38,308 nt of DNA from an uncultured bacterium (GTDB lineage Bacteria > CSSED10-310 > CAZUFC01), in assembly GCA_964619725.1 (NCBI GenBank), contig CAZUFC010000003.1:1-38308 (forward strand), given 5' to 3'. The position numbers and the translations under genes are program-made. Positions 35,789 through 38,308 of this stretch are shown piece after piece. A model generated the notes under the pieces. The model was not told the origin of the DNA. It did not search any database and saw only the letters and a program-made list of their open reading frames with translations. The first letter of the stretch is position 1, and each line of letters begins with the position of its first letter.

Positions 35789-37258
35789 TCAGCGGCGGTA
35801 ATTGGTATAAGCCAGTTTCATAAGAAATGCCAGGAGGAAAATCAGCAATCCTATACCGCATGAGCCGAGAGCGGGAACCTGAAGGGGTTCGGTCGGGGTC
35901 GGCGTGAATGTCGGCAGGGAAGATGTGGGAGTGCTGGTTTGGGTTTGCGAAGGCGTGGGTGAGGGCGTATTGGTGGGTATGGACGTGGGCGTGTTCGTGG
36001 GTGAAGGAGAAGGCGTCGGGGTATTGGGAGCCTGTTCTATCCCGTGATTGAAATAAACGGGATAGGCATCAGGATCGTATCCGCCTGTCGCCCGTTCCAC
36101 CCATACGAAATCCATGTCCGACTCGCCCGAAACTCTGTTGACGGCCGGATACAGGGTCCAGCGACAGAGAGGAGCGCGCGCCTTATCCGATAAAGGCGTC
36201 AGCAATGTTTCAGAAGACCAGCTTCCACCGACCTTCTTCTTGTAACAGAGTTCCACTTCCTCCAGGTAAGGTTGGGTCACTTTCACGTAAATGACGTACA
36301 AATTATCGTTAGGGTCTATCGCCATAGTCGGATCGTGATAGTTTTTGCCCGTATCTTCGGAGATTCTGACTCGCGGCGTCCACGTTCCGCTGTCCCGGTA
36401 ACTGTGATATATCTGCCAGATCGTTTTATCGTCGCGCTTTTCCGTATGAGAACCGACCCAGATGACATGAGGACGGTTGCTCGAATCAATCACCATGCTC
36501 GCGTGACGGGGACCTTCCGTAAATCCTTCGTCATGCACGTTTTCAATTGTTCCCCAGGTTCCGCCGGTGCATTTAATGTACTTAATCTGACCCATCCAGT
36601 AACCGCCCACGATATGCACGTCATCGTTGTAATCAATGGTCATGCTTATCTGCGGGCCCGTAACGCCCAGGTTCTCTATGGGCGACCAGGCGCTGCCCGT
36701 TTTTTTCCTGTAATAGGTCGTTCCGGGACCCTCATCCTCCCAGGCTACATGTATGTGATCCTGGCTGTCTACGGCAATTACCGGCGCTCGTCCTCCATGT
36801 TCCATATCTGCAGAAAGCTGCTCCGGAGTCGACCAGCTCGAACCGTCATATTTCTTGTAGTAAAAATGACCGTCTTCGTTTTCGTTCAACCATTGGAACC
36901 ATACCAGGTGTATGTGACTGGAAGAATCAATCGCCATGCTGATCGCTTTACAGCTATCGATGTCCGTTATCTGAGGGTCCGGCATCAACCACCAGGCATC
37001 CCCTCCGCTCGTCGAACGGGCGATTCTTGCGTGATAGGGCCGCCAATTGTCCTGGTTAGTTGAAAAAACCAGAAGGGCATACAGGTTCCCGGCATCCTTG
37101 AACAATATCTCTCGGGACGGATAACCGGTGGTTGACGGATTCCAGGGTTCAGCCATCATCGATTTCGCAATATAGGCCGAAGCCCTTTCAACCAGAACCG
37201 CTCCTTCGACAATTGACATCATGAGTAAAATTAAGAAAACTACGCGTAACTTTTTCAT
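35789..37258 (-). CDS. Secreted beta-propeller (BNR-like) protein with Pro/Thr linker and C-terminal IPTL-CTERM-like anchor
   Basis: Start reassigned to ATG 37258 (SD GGAGGAG; MKKLRVVFLILLMMS); repeats SMAIDSSSHIHLVW, IAVDSQDHIHVAW, MVIDSSNRPHVIW, MAIDPNDNLYVIY; ends PTPTEPLQVPALGSCGIGLLIFLLAFLMKLAYTNYRR. Confidence 0.82.
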   Translation of the reverse strand: MKKLRVVFLILLMMSIVEGAVLVERASAYIAKSMMAEPWNPSTTGYPSREILFKDAGNLYALLVFSTNQDNWRPYHARIARSTSGGDAWWLMPDPQITDIDSCKAISMAIDSSSHIHLVWFQWLNENEDGHFYYKKYDGSSWSTPEQLSADMEHGGRAPVIAVDSQDHIHVAWEDEGPGTTYYRKKTGSAWSPIENLGVTGPQISMTIDYNDDVHIVGGYWMGQIKYIKCTGGTWGTIENVHDEGFTEGPRHASMVIDSSNRPHVIWVGSHTEKRDDKTIWQIYHSYRDSGTWTPRVRISEDTGKNYHDPTMAIDPNDNLYVIYVKVTQPYLEEVELCYKKKVGGSWSSETLLTPLSDKARAPLCRWTLYPAVNRVSGESDMDFVWVERATGGYDPDAYPVYFNHGIEQAPNTPTPSPSPTNTPTSIPTNTPSPTPSQTQTSTPTSSLPTFTPTPTEPLQVPALGSCGIGLLIFLLAFLMKLAYTNYRR

Positions 37259-37307
37259 TCTTGTCTCCTCCGAAAAAAAAGAAATATTTATTTGAAAAAT
37301 CGACAAT

Positions 37308-37404
37308 ATTATAAAACGTTTAGGCCGTCAAAGTCAAGAGCAAACTAAAAAATTTCTTGAAACAGCTTTCTCAATTTGACTTTGGATTTTGCGTAAGTTA
37401 TAAA
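37308..37404. promoter_or_regulatory. Back-to-back divergent sigma70 promoters
   Basis: Minus: TTGACT (37337-37332)-18 nt-TATAAT (37313-37308). Plus: TTGACT (37376-37381)-17 nt-TATAAA (37399-37404). Confidence 0.65.
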
Positions 37405-37522
37405 ACAAAGACTATCATAATTGCTATGAAAGCAAATGATATCACAAATCATCAGTTTCACCGGAAATTGTGAACATGTTTTCGGAAGTCTTTCACAACA
37501 CTTTTTTCAGGAGGAGGTAAGT

Positions 37523-38308
37523 ATGGTTCCAGGGAGGTTCAAAAGTTACTTTTTAACGGCAGCGATAGTTCTATTGAGTTCAACAGCAATATTTGCAGCG
37601 ATTCCGCATCAGATCAATTACCAGGGTTACATAACGGATGACCAGGGCGTACCGTTAACGGGTACATATTCATTCGTATTCAGGATTTTTGATGAGGAAT
37701 CCGGCGAGACGGCGATATGGGAAGAAACCAACAGCGCTGTGGAAGTAAGCGAGGGATTATTTCATGTGGTCCTGGGAGAGTATAATCCGATTGATCCTTT
37801 ACTGGTCAGCTTTGACGGGACATACTGGTTTGAGATTGAGGTTGATGGAGAAATATTGAGTCCCCGACAGCCCATGACGAGTATAGGTCAGGCGTTCAAT
37901 GCAAGGCAGGCCGAGGATGTTTACGGCAGGGATATTTCTCCCGGCAGCGTCTCAATAACAGGTTATGGACTGGTTATTGACGATAGCGGTCAATGGGTAG
38001 GCGATCCCACAGGATTATACGGACCGACAGGCCCTCATGGCGATACAGGCGCTTTAGGCCCACAGGGTGATACTGGCCCGATGGGTCCTCAGGGGGATAC
38101 AGGTCCGATGGGCCTTCAAGGTGACACGGGCGCAATGGGTCCGGAAGGCAATACCGGTCCGATGGGTCCTCAAGGCGATACCGGCGCAATGGGTCCGGAA
38201 GGCAATACCGGTCCGATGGGTCCTCAAGGCGAAACCGGCGCAATGGGTCCGGAAGGCAATACCGGTCCGATGGGTCCTCAAGGCGAAACCGGCGCAATGG
38301 GTCCGGAA
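37523..38308 (+). CDS. Secreted collagen-like protein with N-terminal INYQG-type domain; 3' end runs off the window
   Basis: Not in the ORF track. SD AGGAGGT, ATG 37523: [47 protein letters not shown]...FRIFD...WEE...GLFHVVLG...[20 protein letters not shown]...[10 protein letters not shown], then uninterrupted Gly-X-Y to the window end. Confidence 0.92.
   Translation, partial: MVPGRFKSYFLTAAIVLLSSTAIFAAIPHQINYQGYITDDQGVPLTGTYSFVFRIFDEESGETAIWEETNSAVEVSEGLFHVVLGEYNPIDPLLVSFDGTYWFEIEVDGEILSPRQPMTSIGQAFNARQAEDVYGRDISPGSVSITGYGLVIDDSGQWVGDPTGLYGPTGPHGDTGALGPQGDTGPMGPQGDTGPMGLQGDTGAMGPEGNTGPMGPQGDTGAMGPEGNTGPMGPQGETGAMGPEGNTGPMGPQGETGAMGPE
38012..38308 (+). repeat. Collagen Gly-X-Y tract (33 triplets visible) including a 54-nt near-perfect tandem repeat
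   Basis: [16 protein letters not shown](D/E)T repeated three times plus a partial; DNA unit GGCGCAATGGGTCCGGAAGGCAATACCGGTCCGATGGGTCCTCAAGGCGA(T/A)ACC. Confidence 0.95.

Noticed and set aside
36272-37063. 263-aa plus-strand ORF
   Set aside because: Antisense shadow of the 35789..37258 propeller gene.
37974-38297. Repetitive minus-strand ORFs ([24 protein letters not shown])
   Set aside because: Antisense readings of the collagen repeat; the plus frame has SD, signal peptide and Gly-X-Y periodicity.

Overview
Chromosomal segment of a diderm bacterium (TonB-dependent receptor present, genetic code 11), rich in secreted and cell-surface protein genes. No integrase, transposase, CRISPR array or rRNA is seen. 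Both ends cut through tandem repeats inside two real genes that the ORF track missed because they run off the window: an FG-GAP/ASPIC-UnbV protein (1..1798, -) and a collagen-like protein (37523..38308, +). Recognisable housekeeping content: tRNA-Lys(TTT), tRNA-Glu(TTC), pruA, pmbA/tldE, a znuACB-type metal ABC transporter, a HAD hydrolase, an M1 aminopeptidase and a TonB-dependent receptor. Main observations: (1) two unrelated secreted proteins, one a gingipain-like C25 peptidase, share a ~115-aa C-terminal domain (PGD...LD...YWxWPSW...PP.D...FxWP...G.I..F) that may be an uncharacterised sorting domain, alongside an IPTL-CTERM-like anchor on two other proteins; (2) a P-loop ATPase plus TPR-array gene pair with a slippery -1 frameshift-like site at the junction and highly conserved 120-nt repeats with variable positions; (3) several enzyme homologues with altered catalytic motifs (HisI-like, sulfatase-like, C25 with His->Glu); (4) a MoaD/ThiS-like + SEC-C fusion ending in Gly-Gly; (5) an internally deleted GT4 glycosyltransferase. 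All family assignments are by motif recognition by eye; no searches were run.
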